A stretch of DNA of 64,000 nt from Polyangiales bacterium (GCA_038230375.1 JBBRNJ010000001.1:192001-256000), one strand, 5' to 3'. Shown: positions 36,794-46,959, numbered from the stretch's first letter. A program made the numbers and translations. The notes: generated by a model not told the origin, from the letters alone.

Positions 36794-37978
36794 CTACTTG
36801 CAGTCCGGCGTCACGGGGCAGCCGGAGTCCAGGGGTGACGGAGCGTCGCCGGACTGCTGCTTGTTCACGGCGTACGTGTCGAATCCGGCACCGGCGGAGA
36901 ATGCATCGCACGGCATTCCGGTGTTGTCGTTCAGTGAGCTCGACATGATGTCGCGCGCGTTGCAGATGGTCGCCGTGATGAATGCCTTGAACGTGTCGTT
37001 GTTGCAGATGAAGTCATTCGCCCCATTGGGGGCGTAATAGAGCTGGTTGATCGAATCGAGGAACGGCTGGGTCGCGACCCTTCCTGCCAGAACGCCGTTC
37101 GTGAGCCGGAACGTGCCCGTGCCGTCCTTCACGATGTCCGCGGTGAGCAGCGCATCGTCGAACATGAGGGTGAGCAACGGGTTGGTCGGGTCGACGGTCA
37201 GCCGAAGCGGTAGACGCGGAACGTGAGCGACGAGCTTTCCGCCGGCGACCCACGCGTTCGTGTCGCCCCACATGGACGTCTCGGAGGCGCCAAGGTCGCC
37301 CTTGTCGACACGCCAGAGGTCGGTGGGGCCGAAGGTGACGCCGCCGTCGACCGAGATCCCGAACGACGGGAAGAAGAACGCGCCAACGGTCGTGTCGTCC
37401 GCGTGCCCGTTGTAGCCGGTGATGTAGATGACACCACCGAACCCGCCCGAGCGGAGCCGTGCACTGATGGCCTGCGGAGTGAAGACGGGGCCTTGCATGG
37501 AGATGAACTGGATGAGCGAAGCGCCAGCGTTGTCCACGCCTGTCGCGGACTTGTCGACCACGTAGGTGCCGAAGTCGGTGCCGCTCGCCTTCGTGACGCA
37601 GGAGCTGGTCTTCGCGTTGACGGTGCAGATGCCGTCAAGGTTGAAGCTGGTGCTGGCAAAGCCACCGTCGTCAGTGCCCCCGAGCCCGAAGTCGAGCTGA
37701 CTGAGCGCCACGCGGATGCTGAGGTCACCACCGTCGAGGTTGGGGGAGTCGGACGTGGGCCGCGCCGGATATCCGGGAGTCGTGCAGTTCACACCGCCTT
37801 CGGGTGTGGCGGACGAATCCGCGACCGTTCCGGCGTCCGTCCCCGCTTCGCTGCCCGCCTCCGGTTGCCCCGGCGCCGCAAGCGTGAGCTCGTCGAGCCC
37901 GAAGATGCTCGCGCATCCGATGGCAGTGCCCGAGCCAACGGCCAGAAGCAGCGCCGCGTGAATCTTGCTCCGGCGCAT
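36794..37978 (-). CDS. Cys-containing lipoprotein of kinase-TPR operon
   Basis: MRRSKIH...AIGC lipobox; NLDG.CT, GVDN motifs. Confidence 0.7.
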   Translation of the reverse strand: MRRSKIHAALLLAVGSGTAIGCASIFGLDELTLAAPGQPEAGSEAGTDAGTVADSSATPEGGVNCTTPGYPARPTSDSPNLDGGDLSIRVALSQLDFGLGGTDDGGFASTSFNLDGICTVNAKTSSCVTKASGTDFGTYVVDKSATGVDNAGASLIQFISMQGPVFTPQAISARLRSGGFGGVIYITGYNGHADDTTVGAFFFPSFGISVDGGVTFGPTDLWRVDKGDLGASETSMWGDTNAWVAGGKLVAHVPRLPLRLTVDPTNPLLTLMFDDALLTADIVKDGTGTFRLTNGVLAGRVATQPFLDSINQLYYAPNGANDFICNNDTFKAFITATICNARDIMSSSLNDNTGMPCDAFSAGAGFDTYAVNKQQSGDAPSPLDSGCPVTPDCK

Positions 37979-37980
37979 GA

Positions 37981-39033
37981 TCAGAACGTCCCTCGAGCAG
38001 TGAGGCCCTGGACGCCCACCACGGATGGCGCGATCTGGAGCTGCCCAGTCTTGCCATCCAGCGTGGGCGCAAGGAAGAAGAGCGCCGCGCCAGCCGCCGT
38101 GAGCACCGCGCCGCCGATGAAGACGCCGGTCGCAACGCCGGCCGTGGAGATCGCGTTGTTCCCGTCCTTCACGGAGGCCGTTGCATCGGCCGGACACACG
38201 TGGTCCATGCACGGCTTCTTCGCGTCGTCGTAGTGGCTCTTCGCAACGACACCGATGACCGTGCCGACGGCCATGGTCACGACGCCAGCGCCACCAGCAC
38301 CCACGCCCACGAGACGCCATGTAGTCCAGTACGAAGGGGGCGGCTCCGCTGGCTTTGCGATCTCACCAACCGGCGGCGGCACGACCACGACGGGAGGCGA
38401 AGGCGGCATGGGCGCGTCCTGCAGCACGGGGACGGCGACCTTTGCGTCTTGTGCGTCGACGATCTGGATCTTGGTGGACCACGTGATCTTGCCCTCCGCG
38501 GTGGCCGTGAGCTCGTGCTCGCCCGCATCCACGGGGATGGGCACGCCGCGCTCGCCCGGCGACAGCTTCGCGCCATCACGCATGAGGACCAATCCCGGCA
38601 CGTCCGCTTCCTTCGGCACCACCACGCTCACGTGCGCGAGCTTTGGTTCCAGAACCGCGATGTGCTCGTCCGCCATCTTCGCCCAGTCGGCGCGACCTGC
38701 CGCGGCGGCGCGCACGCTCGCCTCCTTGAACGCACCCCACGCGCTTGCGAGCTGCTTGTTCTGCTCGTAGCAGTTGCCCAGGTTGAGCAGCGTGGACGTC
38801 TTCGGGTCTGCGTCCTGACTGGCGCGGAACTTCGGGCACGCGGCGGCGAAGTCACCGTTCTGCGCGTCGGCGTACGCCTTCTCGAAGAGCTCCTGCGCGC
38901 GCGCACGCTGATCGGGAGACACCCCGGCAGCAGGCGCAGCAGGAGGGGGGACAGCCGGGTCGGCCGCGAACGCAACGCTGGGTTGGAAGAGCAGCCAACA
39001 AGGGAGGCTCGCGGCTGCGAGACGACGCATCAT
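37981..39033 (-). CDS. TPR + PEGA-like domain protein
   Basis: Signal peptide; ACPKFRAS...LLNLGNCYE TPR; VDAGEHEL.ATA; C-terminal TM pair. Confidence 0.8.
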   Translation of the reverse strand: MMRRLAAASLPCWLLFQPSVAFAADPAVPPPAAPAAGVSPDQRARAQELFEKAYADAQNGDFAAACPKFRASQDADPKTSTLLNLGNCYEQNKQLASAWGAFKEASVRAAAAGRADWAKMADEHIAVLEPKLAHVSVVVPKEADVPGLVLMRDGAKLSPGERGVPIPVDAGEHELTATAEGKITWSTKIQIVDAQDAKVAVPVLQDAPMPPSPPVVVVPPPVGEIAKPAEPPPSYWTTWRLVGVGAGGAGVVTMAVGTVIGVVAKSHYDDAKKPCMDHVCPADATASVKDGNNAISTAGVATGVFIGGAVLTAAGAALFFLAPTLDGKTGQLQIAPSVVGVQGLTARGTF

Positions 39034-40481
39034 TCCCGTATGGGAATAAACCCTCCGCGCCCGCTCGTCGAGGGTGTTGCGGACTGCGTGGGCCTCACGA
39101 CGGCGCTCGCGCTACCGCCGGGCCTGCGCACCGAAACGACGGGAGCGATCACGGGCTTGACCACGGCGCTCGCGCTGGGCGCTGCGGAAGGCAGCTCCGC
39201 CGGCCCGATGGACGCCGCACTGGCGGATGGGTTGCTCACGCCGGCAGGGCCTGCGGCGCTTGCGCTCGAGGGGGGCACGGCGCTGAGCGCATTGCCCGCA
39301 AGGCCGTCCGCTGCCGCGTTTCGCGACCTGGAGGTGATCGCGAACGCGCCCACTCCAAGCAGCGCAATCACGACAACCCCGATCCCGATGGTGATGGCGC
39401 GGCTACCGCTGGCGCTCTTCTTCTTCTCGCCCGCCGCGGTGGCCGAGGGCGCCGAGTGTGTCGCGCCCCACGCGTCACTGACGGCGATGGCTGGCTGCGA
39501 CTTTGCCGGCTGCGAGGTGTCCGAGAAGCTCATCATGCGTGGCCGCGGCTGCGTGCCGAGCATGACACCGATACGCGACGCGAGGCCCTTGTCCCGTGGA
39601 GATGCGTACGGCTCCAGATCCGCAGCGAGCTCGGCAAGGTTGGAGTAGCGCTTGTCGACGTCCTTCTGCAGGCAACGCATGACCGCGTTGCACAGCGCGT
39701 CGGGAAGATCCGGGCGGAACTCCTTCGGGCTGGGCGCATCTCCCTCCGCGATCTTGAAGACCAGCTCCGGCACGTTCTCGGCCTCGAACGGGACGCGGCC
39801 GGTGAAGAGCTCGAAGAGGATCACGCCGAGCGACCAGATGTCGGAGCGCTCGTCCACCTTCTTGGAAGAGCGCATCTGCTCTGGCGACATGTAGAGAGGT
39901 GACCCGAGCATCGACTGCGTACGCGTGAGCGTCATGGGCGTTCCGTCACTGCCGGTGGTGGGCGTGAGGGACTTGGAGACGCCGAAGTCCAGCACCTTGA
40001 CGAGCGGCGTGCCATCGAGCCCGAGCGTGAGAAACAGGTTCTGCGGCTTGAGGTCGCGATGGATGATCATGGAGGCGTGCGCCTCGGCGACGGCCTCGCT
40101 TGCCTGCAGAACGAAGCTGACCGCGTCCTCGATCCCGAGGACGGTGCGCTCCTTCATCACGGCGCCCAGGTCCTGTCCCTGCAGGAGTTCCATGACGATA
40201 TACGGCGCGCCGTCGTCCAGTCTGCCGACGTCGAGCACCTTGGCCACGTGCTCGCTCTTCAAGCGGACGACGGCACGACCCTCGTTGATGAAGCGGCTGA
40301 CCATCTCTTCGCTGTCCATCGCCGTGGGCAGCAGGAACTTGAGCGCGACCTCCTGGTCCAGGTCCAGATGCCTGGCGGCGACGACAATGCCCATGCCGCC
40401 CATGCCGAGCACGCGCTCCACGCGATACTTCTTCGCGAGCACGTCGCCTGCGCGGACCGGCGCGTGGGCAAAGAGATCCAT
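39030..40481 (-). CDS. Transmembrane Ser/Thr protein kinase
   Basis: GMGGMG, VALK, HRDLKPQN, DFG, YMSPEQ; TM and Ala/Ser/Pro tail. Confidence 0.93.
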   Translation of the reverse strand: MDLFAHAPVRAGDVLAKKYRVERVLGMGGMGIVVAARHLDLDQEVALKFLLPTAMDSEEMVSRFINEGRAVVRLKSEHVAKVLDVGRLDDGAPYIVMELLQGQDLGAVMKERTVLGIEDAVSFVLQASEAVAEAHASMIIHRDLKPQNLFLTLGLDGTPLVKVLDFGVSKSLTPTTGSDGTPMTLTRTQSMLGSPLYMSPEQMRSSKKVDERSDIWSLGVILFELFTGRVPFEAENVPELVFKIAEGDAPSPKEFRPDLPDALCNAVMRCLQKDVDKRYSNLAELAADLEPYASPRDKGLASRIGVMLGTQPRPRMMSFSDTSQPAKSQPAIAVSDAWGATHSAPSATAAGEKKKSASGSRAITIGIGVVVIALLGVGAFAITSRSRNAAADGLAGNALSAVPPSSASAAGPAGVSNPSASAASIGPAELPSAAPSASAVVKPVIAPVVSVRRPGGSASAVVRPTQSATPSTSGRGGFIPIRE

Positions 40482-40507
40482 CGATTCCAGGTGATTCTAC
40501 ACCAGGG

Positions 40508-41575
40508 TCAGCGCGGGGCGCGGAGCTTCTTCTCGGCGGCTTCCTTGTCGCCACTGTAGCGCTCGATCGCGGTTTCCACGGAGATCTTGCCCTGCGCGAG
40601 CAGCCGCTCGAGCGCCATGTCCAGCGTCTGCATCCCGACGCTGCCGCCGGCCTGCATCGCGCTCGGGATCTGGAACGTCTTGCCGTCGCGGATCATCGCG
40701 GCGATGCCGCTGGTCCCGAGCAAGATCTCCTGCGCCGCAACGCGGCCCTTGCCATCCGCCGTGCGGAGCAGCTGCTGCGCGACGATGCCGATCAGGCTCT
40801 CGGCGAGCATGCCGCGAATCGCCGGCTGCTCGTCGAACGGGAACGAGTTGACGATGCGATCGATGGTGGCCGGCGCGCTGTTCGTGTGCACCGTTGCGAA
40901 GACCAGCACGCCATAGCTGGCGAGCTGCAGCGCGAGCTTCATGGTCTCCGTGCCGCGGAGCTCACCCACGAGCACCACGTTCGGATCCTCACGACCGGCC
41001 GCACGAATCGCTGCGGCGAAGCTGCCCGCATGCGCGCCGACCTCGCGATGGGTGACCTGCGCCTTCTCGGGCGTGTGCACGAACTCGACGGGGTCCTCGA
41101 CCGTGATGATGTGGCACGCCCGCGTCTGGTTGATGTGACGGATCATCGCCGCGAGCGTGGTGGACTTGCCGGAGCCGGTGGGCCCGGTCACCAGGATCAG
41201 GCCGGCATGGCGCTCCGCGAGCTTCCTGACGGCGTCCGGGCACGCCAGATCCTTGAGCGTGGGGATCTTCGTGGGGATGGTGCGGAACACCGCTCCAGGC
41301 CCCGTGGTCTTGTTGAAGTAGTTTGCGCGGAAGCGCGCCTTGTCGCCGTACGCGTGGGAGAAGTCGAGGTCGAGCTCGGCCTCGAACTTGTGCCGGAGGT
41401 CCTCCGACAAGAGCTCGAACAGCAGGCCACGCAGCTCCGCGAGCGAGAGGGGGTTGTCGCGCAAGGAGACCAGCTGACCGCGGATCCGGCCTGTGGGTGG
41501 ATGGCCAACGGCAAGGTGAAGATCGCTCCCGTTCTGCAGGAGCAGTGCGTCGAACAACATGTCGATCTGGGCCAT
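40508..41575 (-). CDS. pilT: PilT/PilU-family type IV pilus ATPase
   Basis: SDLHL, GPTGSGKSTT, ITVEDPVE, REDP, GELR, TVHT. Confidence 0.9.
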   Translation of the reverse strand: MAQIDMLFDALLLQNGSDLHLAVGHPPTGRIRGQLVSLRDNPLSLAELRGLLFELLSEDLRHKFEAELDLDFSHAYGDKARFRANYFNKTTGPGAVFRTIPTKIPTLKDLACPDAVRKLAERHAGLILVTGPTGSGKSTTLAAMIRHINQTRACHIITVEDPVEFVHTPEKAQVTHREVGAHAGSFAAAIRAAGREDPNVVLVGELRGTETMKLALQLASYGVLVFATVHTNSAPATIDRIVNSFPFDEQPAIRGMLAESLIGIVAQQLLRTADGKGRVAAQEILLGTSGIAAMIRDGKTFQIPSAMQAGGSVGMQTLDMALERLLAQGKISVETAIERYSGDKEAAEKKLRAPR

Positions 41576-41579
41576 GGCT

Positions 41580-43523
41580 CTAGGTCCCTCCCCGCACGAG
41601 CGCGTCGAGCTCGTTCGGTGACTCGGAGGCCGCGCGTGCGTCGTCGAGCGACACACGGCGCGTCTTGACCAGGTCAGCAAGGGACTCGTCCAGACGAACG
41701 ATCCCGAGCGCCTTCCCGCGCTGCTGGAGGCTCGGGATCTGGAACGTCTTTGCGTCGCGGATGAGCGCAGACAGCGGCGGCGACGCCGGGAGCAGCTCCA
41801 GCGCCGCGTGCACCTGGGCGCGATCGGGGCTGGGGACAAGGCGCTGGCTGACGATGAGGCGGAGGCCCGCTGCGAGCGTCAACCGGACCTGCGGCTGATC
41901 GGCAGGCGGGAACAGATCGATGAGGCGGTCGATCGTCTTCGCGGCGCTCGGTGTGTTCATGGTGCCGAGCACCAGGTGTCCGGTCTCGCTCGCGGCAACG
42001 GCCATACGCACCGTCTCCACGTCGCGCAGCTCGCCAACGACGATCACGTCCGGATCTTCGCGGAGCGAGCCCTTCAGCGCGCTGCCGAACGATTGCGTGT
42101 GCGTCCCGACCTCGCGCTGGCTGATGAAGGCGCGCTTCCTGGGGTGGATGTGCTCGACGGGGTCCTCCACCGTGATGATGTGGTGGGTGGTGTTGCGGTT
42201 GAGCAGGTCGACAACGGCGGTGAGCGTGGTGGTCTTTCCGTGGCCGGTGGGCCCCGTGAACACGACGAGACCCTGATGATGGCTGGTAGCCTGCGCGACG
42301 CCGGGTGGAAGACCAAGGGACTCGATGGATGGCAGCTCGCGCGAGATGATCCGGAACACGGCCATGAGCCCGCCCTGATGACGAGCGACGTTCACGCGGA
42401 ACCGACCGTGCCGCGGGCTCTCGTACGCGAAGTCGCACGACCCGTCCTCGCGCAGCTGTGCCTTGAGGCGCGGCGGAATGAGTGGGCGCACGTTGGCCTC
42501 GACCAGCGCTGGTGCGAGCACCTCCCCGATCGGACGCAGCTCGCCGGCGATCCGGAAGAGGACTGGACGGCCAGCGATGATCAAGAGGTCGCTGGCGAGC
42601 TGACGACGCGCCTCGAAGAGGATCGATTCGAACATCGCGCCGCCATCCGGCGGAGGCGGTGAGATGGACGCCACCGCAGAGACCGCCGGTCCGTCGGCAG
42701 GCTGCGCGACCATCACGGGAGGAGCGATCACGGGAGGTGCGATCACGGGAGGAGCGATCACGGGAGGTGCGATCACGGGAGGAGCGACCACGGGCGGCGG
42801 TGTGGGAGCTGCGGCTGGCGTGGCGAGCTCCGTCTTCGCCATGGCGCGCGGCGACGAATCCCCTCGGGTGACGGTGGGCGAAGGCGTGGGCGTGGCGTGG
42901 CGGTTCAGCGACGCACCGATCTGCTCGGACCGCGCGGACGGCGCAGGCACAGCGATCGGACGAGCGTCACGTGTGGCGATCGCGGCATCGGATGGCGCCG
43001 CCAGACCGGGCTTTGTCGGAAGCTTCGGTGGCTCGTCAGGGTCATCGCGCCGCACCGTTTTGGGTACGACCTTCGCCTCGACCCTGGCCTCGATCTTCAC
43101 CTCGGGCTGTGTCTCGGCCTGCGCCTTCCGGTCGACCTTGGCCTCGATCTTCACCTCGGGCTTGGCCTCGACCTTCGCCTCGACCTTGGCGGCGGGCTTG
43201 GCATCGGGCTTCACATCGCGCTTGGAGACCGTGATCTTCGCCTGGATCTCCTGACCCCGCTGCAACGCGGAGAGCCCGACCACGCCGAAGCCCATCACGC
43301 GCGACGTCCACTGCTTCGGGGTGGACCCCAGATCCTCGACGTAGCGGCTCCCGCCAAGCGCCATGAGCAGCGTGAGGATGTCGTCGCCGGTGAGCTTCGT
43401 TTCCATGACGGGGTCGAGCGCAACCCCTGCGCGCGCCGCCGGCCGTCTGTCGCTTACGAGAACCAGCTCCGACACTTCAGGGATGTCAAAGGACTTCAGC
43501 AGCTCATCCAAGAATTTGGTCAC
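41580..43523 (-). CDS. pilT: PilT-family ATPase with extra N-terminal domain and Pro-rich linker
   Basis: GPTGHGKTT, EDPVE, LREDPDVIVVGELRD, ETGHLV; (PPVIA)n linker. Confidence 0.88.
   Translation of the reverse strand: MTKFLDELLKSFDIPEVSELVLVSDRRPAARAGVALDPVMETKLTGDDILTLLMALGGSRYVEDLGSTPKQWTSRVMGFGVVGLSALQRGQEIQAKITVSKRDVKPDAKPAAKVEAKVEAKPEVKIEAKVDRKAQAETQPEVKIEARVEAKVVPKTVRRDDPDEPPKLPTKPGLAAPSDAAIATRDARPIAVPAPSARSEQIGASLNRHATPTPSPTVTRGDSSPRAMAKTELATPAAAPTPPPVVAPPVIAPPVIAPPVIAPPVIAPPVMVAQPADGPAVSAVASISPPPPDGGAMFESILFEARRQLASDLLIIAGRPVLFRIAGELRPIGEVLAPALVEANVRPLIPPRLKAQLREDGSCDFAYESPRHGRFRVNVARHQGGLMAVFRIISRELPSIESLGLPPGVAQATSHHQGLVVFTGPTGHGKTTTLTAVVDLLNRNTTHHIITVEDPVEHIHPRKRAFISQREVGTHTQSFGSALKGSLREDPDVIVVGELRDVETVRMAVAASETGHLVLGTMNTPSAAKTIDRLIDLFPPADQPQVRLTLAAGLRLIVSQRLVPSPDRAQVHAALELLPASPPLSALIRDAKTFQIPSLQQRGKALGIVRLDESLADLVKTRRVSLDDARAASESPNELDALVRGGT
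42706..42795 (-). repeat. 15-bp tandem repeat encoding (PPVIA)n
   Basis: GCGATCACGGGAGG(A/T) repeated about 5 times on the + strand. Confidence 0.85.
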
Positions 43524-43535
43524 GACCGGTCGATC

Positions 43536-44846
43536 TTACATGGGTCGGTACCACTTGTCTCGGGCCCGCGGCCCGCTGCTCGTCGCAACGAGCGGGACAC
43601 CAAGGCGTGCGGCGACATCCTCTGCGTAGGTCGCGCGGTCGAAGGAAGACAGCCTAGGCGTCACGTCTGCGAGCGCGCGGGAAAGGCGCTCTTGATGCAG
43701 CAAATCGGCGGGCCGAACCACGCGAAGCTCGCCGCGAGCGTCCCACATCGTCTCATCCGTGCCGTCGTACCCATCGCAGACCGGGACGCGCTCACCCAGA
43801 AGAGCGAGCCGATCGAGGTTCGAGATGAGAAGGCCGTCCACACGACCGAGCACGCGAAGGGCGTACCTTGTCGCGACGAGATCGAGCGGTCCGCTGCGAA
43901 ACGAGCCTTGCCACTCACCCCATTGGTTGTGATCGTGCGCGGACAGCGCGCTCCACGAAGGCATTGCGGTCACCATGGGGCCAGCGCCATGACGTGTGGT
44001 GTAGGCCCGCAGCACGCCCAGGCGCAGCACCTTGCCGTCGAAGCCCGCGAGCAGATCCTCGGCGTTCCTCCATGTGATGTCAGTCCATGTCGTGTAGGGG
44101 TGAAAACCCAGGTCCTGGTCGAGCAGGACACCTTGCGCGCCCTCGAACACGACGTGGCCCGGCCCCGCGAGCACGCCCGCGAGCAGCTCCGGCCCGACGA
44201 TGCGAGCCGTACGAACGAACGCCTGGTAGCGCTCGAGCGCAAGGTCGACCATCGCCGGATCCGCCAGGAGAGAGAGCTCGCGCTCCACGGCCTCGTGCTC
44301 GGGAAGAGTGAGAGAGCGCGCGGCGACGAGCTTGCGCATGCGCACCGCGTCGAGGAGTCGTCGCGCCTTGTCCGGCTCCTCGAGATCGCCCACGCGAAGG
44401 ACGTCGTCCATGCCGTCCACCACGTCCTTCATCGTGTCGCCGATGCCCATGCCGCAGCTGCCGTGGCGTTGCGTGCGGGCCATCTCGCGCAGGCGGTTCA
44501 TGGCCACGTGGAACGGCGTCGTGATGACGGCGCCGCGCTCCACGTGCAGAAGAGAGAGCGGATCACGAACGCCCACGTTTGTAAGCTTCTTCGCCTCCGC
44601 CAGCGCGAAGATTGGATTCACCAGCACGTGCCGCGAGAGCAGCGTGGGCACGCCATTGAACGTGCCGCTCCCCCACTGCGCGAAGGTATGGTGACGCTCG
44701 CCCGACACGACGTTGTGCGCGGCCTGCGCGCCCCCGTTGTACCGGACGACCAACCCCGCACCTTCGCGCTGCGAGAGAGAGTCCACGAACGTGCCTTTTC
44801 CTTCGTCACCGAAGCCGAGACCGCACGTGAGCGTCACCCTGGCCAT
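43536..44846 (-). CDS. Divergent adenylosuccinate synthetase-like (PurA-like) protein
   Basis: GLGFGDEGKG, RYNGGAQAAH, HGSCGMGIG, FEGAQGVLLD, AYTTRHGAGP. Confidence 0.85.
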   Translation of the reverse strand: MARVTLTCGLGFGDEGKGTFVDSLSQREGAGLVVRYNGGAQAAHNVVSGERHHTFAQWGSGTFNGVPTLLSRHVLVNPIFALAEAKKLTNVGVRDPLSLLHVERGAVITTPFHVAMNRLREMARTQRHGSCGMGIGDTMKDVVDGMDDVLRVGDLEEPDKARRLLDAVRMRKLVAARSLTLPEHEAVERELSLLADPAMVDLALERYQAFVRTARIVGPELLAGVLAGPGHVVFEGAQGVLLDQDLGFHPYTTWTDITWRNAEDLLAGFDGKVLRLGVLRAYTTRHGAGPMVTAMPSWSALSAHDHNQWGEWQGSFRSGPLDLVATRYALRVLGRVDGLLISNLDRLALLGERVPVCDGYDGTDETMWDARGELRVVRPADLLHQERLSRALADVTPRLSSFDRATYAEDVAARLGVPLVATSSGPRARDKWYRPM

Positions 44847-44848
44847 GG

Positions 44849-45853
44849 CTACAGCCTCCCCGTTCGCTCGGTGGGTGAGGCGCCGCGCCTCGCGGTCGGG
44901 AGGGCGCCCTTCGCAACCGTGGCGAGCGCGGTCTTTGCGGCCAGCTGGGCAAGCGCGCCCGCGACGCCCAGCGCGACGTCCGCCGGAACTCCTCCATCCG
45001 TGAGATCGCCTGCGAGCGCATCCACGTTCGCCGTCCCCTCGCAGAGCCCGATCGCAAGGCCGATCGCCTCGCACACGCCCTCCGCGTCCGGAAGCATGAG
45101 CACGTTCTCCATGCCCAGGAGCGACTGCCACCGCTCGGCAAGCGCGGGGTCCGACCCATGGCTCGCGCCGTTCGGGATGATGAAGAACACGTGGTAGCGC
45201 TCGCGCGCCTCGCGGATGATCTTCTCGATGGGGATCGGCGCGGTCACGTCGTCACCGACGATCTTGGAGAGCTCCGCGACGCTCGCCTCCTTGTAGGGCA
45301 TCTCGTCGCCGATCAGGAACAGGTAGCCCTTCTTCTTGCGCTTGTCGAAGCAGTCGATGCTGGTGTGGCGCGCGAAGAAGTAGAGCGGGAGCTGGTAGCT
45401 CTCCTCGTAGGTACCTCCGCCGCCGCCCTCCAGGTAGAGGCGCCCAAGGTCGTCATCCATCTCGATGCCGCTCTCGAACTGCCCGACCTGCAGCGGCACG
45501 CGATCCGAGTTGTGGTCGCCCACGGCGCCGAACAAGATCTGTGGGTCCTGCACGTATCCCTTCCGTGACAGGAGACCCATGAGCTGCGGCAGCTTCTTCT
45601 GCAGCGTGACGGGAATGCCGCCCATCGAGCCCGTCACGTCGAACACCACGCCGATCGCGACCGAATTCGGATGCGTATCCGAGTCGCGCGACTCGCGGGT
45701 CTTGCCGCGCGGGTCCATCATCGGGTGCGCGGCCTTCTTCGCCTTCGGGTCTGCCCGCAGGCTCGCGTCGTAGACGAACGCGCTCTTGCCGGTGCTCTTC
45801 CGAAAGGCCTCGCGGTCCGCGTAGAAATCGTCACTCCAGTGGCTTCCACCCAT
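44849..45853 (-). CDS. vWA (MIDAS) domain protein
   Basis: RBS AGAAGGAG; FDVTGSM, GAVGD, QFES, EGGGGG..ESY, LIGDE. Confidence 0.85.
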   Translation of the reverse strand: MGGSHWSDDFYADREAFRKSTGKSAFVYDASLRADPKAKKAAHPMMDPRGKTRESRDSDTHPNSVAIGVVFDVTGSMGGIPVTLQKKLPQLMGLLSRKGYVQDPQILFGAVGDHNSDRVPLQVGQFESGIEMDDDLGRLYLEGGGGGTYEESYQLPLYFFARHTSIDCFDKRKKKGYLFLIGDEMPYKEASVAELSKIVGDDVTAPIPIEKIIREARERYHVFFIIPNGASHGSDPALAERWQSLLGMENVLMLPDAEGVCEAIGLAIGLCEGTANVDALAGDLTDGGVPADVALGVAGALAQLAAKTALATVAKGALPTARRGASPTERTGRL

Positions 45854-45887
45854 GACATGCCTCCTTCTATTTCTTCTCTGTTCAGAC

Positions 45888-46940
45888 TCACTCCGGCAGC
45901 AACAGCGGCCGGTAGACGGGCTTGCCGAGGAGCCTCGTCGCCAATCGATCGAGCTCCTCATGCAGCACCCATGCATCATCGGGGCGACGCGCGAGCTTCT
46001 CGTGCGTGCACGTCGCCAGGAAATCGCGCAGCTCCCGTGGAGCACTGGCGGGCAGGAGCCACGTCAGCGTCTTCGCCGCCATGAACACGTCGGTTCCGGG
46101 TTCGGCCGGCTCGCCCCTCAGCACTTCTCCCGGATAGAGCGCGCGGTGCGCGGGTGACAGCGCCGGGATCTTCTCGCCGCGCGGCACCGCGTAGCAGAAG
46201 TCCGTGAGCACCGCGCCGTGCGTTAGCGGATGCACAAGCACATGCAGCGGGAGCACCGCGCCGTGCACGAACCCGCGGGTGTGCACGAAACCCAGCACGG
46301 ACAGGAGCCGCTTTGCGATCCACACGACGTCGCGCACATCCACATGGCCGCGCACCAGCGTGAGAGCGCGATGCTCTCCGAACAGCGGCATCACGTTCGC
46401 GCGCCGCCCGTCCTCCATCGTCATGGAGTCCAGCAACGCGGGCAGCTGCTGCAGAAACCGCGGTGCAGTCTTCTCCTTCCCGAAGAGCGCGCGGAGCGTT
46501 GTGGCCTCCGCATCGAGCAGATCGTTGTCGTCGGCGCTGCGTGCGACCTTCAGGAGCACGCGGGGGTTTTCGGGATCGTCGCCGTCGGCCGGGTAGAGCT
46601 CGCACACGTCGCCTTCGATCACCGGGCCCAGCGTGTTGTACATGCGCCGCTTCGTGCGGATGGTCGCGCGCTCACCCACGGGCAGTCCGTCGCCGTAGAG
46701 CCCCAGCTCGATCTTGTACTCCGCCGCGCGGCGGAGCGCGTTCACGCGGACAAGACCGCGGGTCGCCGCATCACGCTCGCGGTCGCTGGCGCGGTCGGGG
46801 TGAATGACGTGTGCGAGCTCGCGGTAGCGGTGCGACAGCGTCCCCAGCTTGTCCGCGCGGGTGCCGGCGAGCGCTCCGAACAGCTCTTCGGGCGCGCTGG
46901 CATGAAGGGCCCTCTCTATCTGCCGTGCCGCGGTGCTCAT
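45888..46940 (-). CDS. J-domain-like (HPD) + atypical/pseudo protein kinase fusion
   Basis: YRELAHVIHPD; VLLKVAR; HGAVLPLH in place of HRDLKPxN; DFCYA; start could be 46952. Confidence 0.75.
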   Translation of the reverse strand: MSTAARQIERALHASAPEELFGALAGTRADKLGTLSHRYRELAHVIHPDRASDRERDAATRGLVRVNALRRAAEYKIELGLYGDGLPVGERATIRTKRRMYNTLGPVIEGDVCELYPADGDDPENPRVLLKVARSADDNDLLDAEATTLRALFGKEKTAPRFLQQLPALLDSMTMEDGRRANVMPLFGEHRALTLVRGHVDVRDVVWIAKRLLSVLGFVHTRGFVHGAVLPLHVLVHPLTHGAVLTDFCYAVPRGEKIPALSPAHRALYPGEVLRGEPAEPGTDVFMAAKTLTWLLPASAPRELRDFLATCTHEKLARRPDDAWVLHEELDRLATRLLGKPVYRPLLLPE

Positions 46941-46959
46941 ACGAGAGAACATGGGACTC

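Noticed and set aside
43536..44846. PurZ (Z-genome) assignment
   Set aside because: P-loop retains Asp (GDEGKG); no datZ/mazZ or phage context
42897..45197. 766-aa + strand ORF (and the similar 24500..26797)
   Set aside because: Antisense shadows of high-GC genes with clear homology on the other strand
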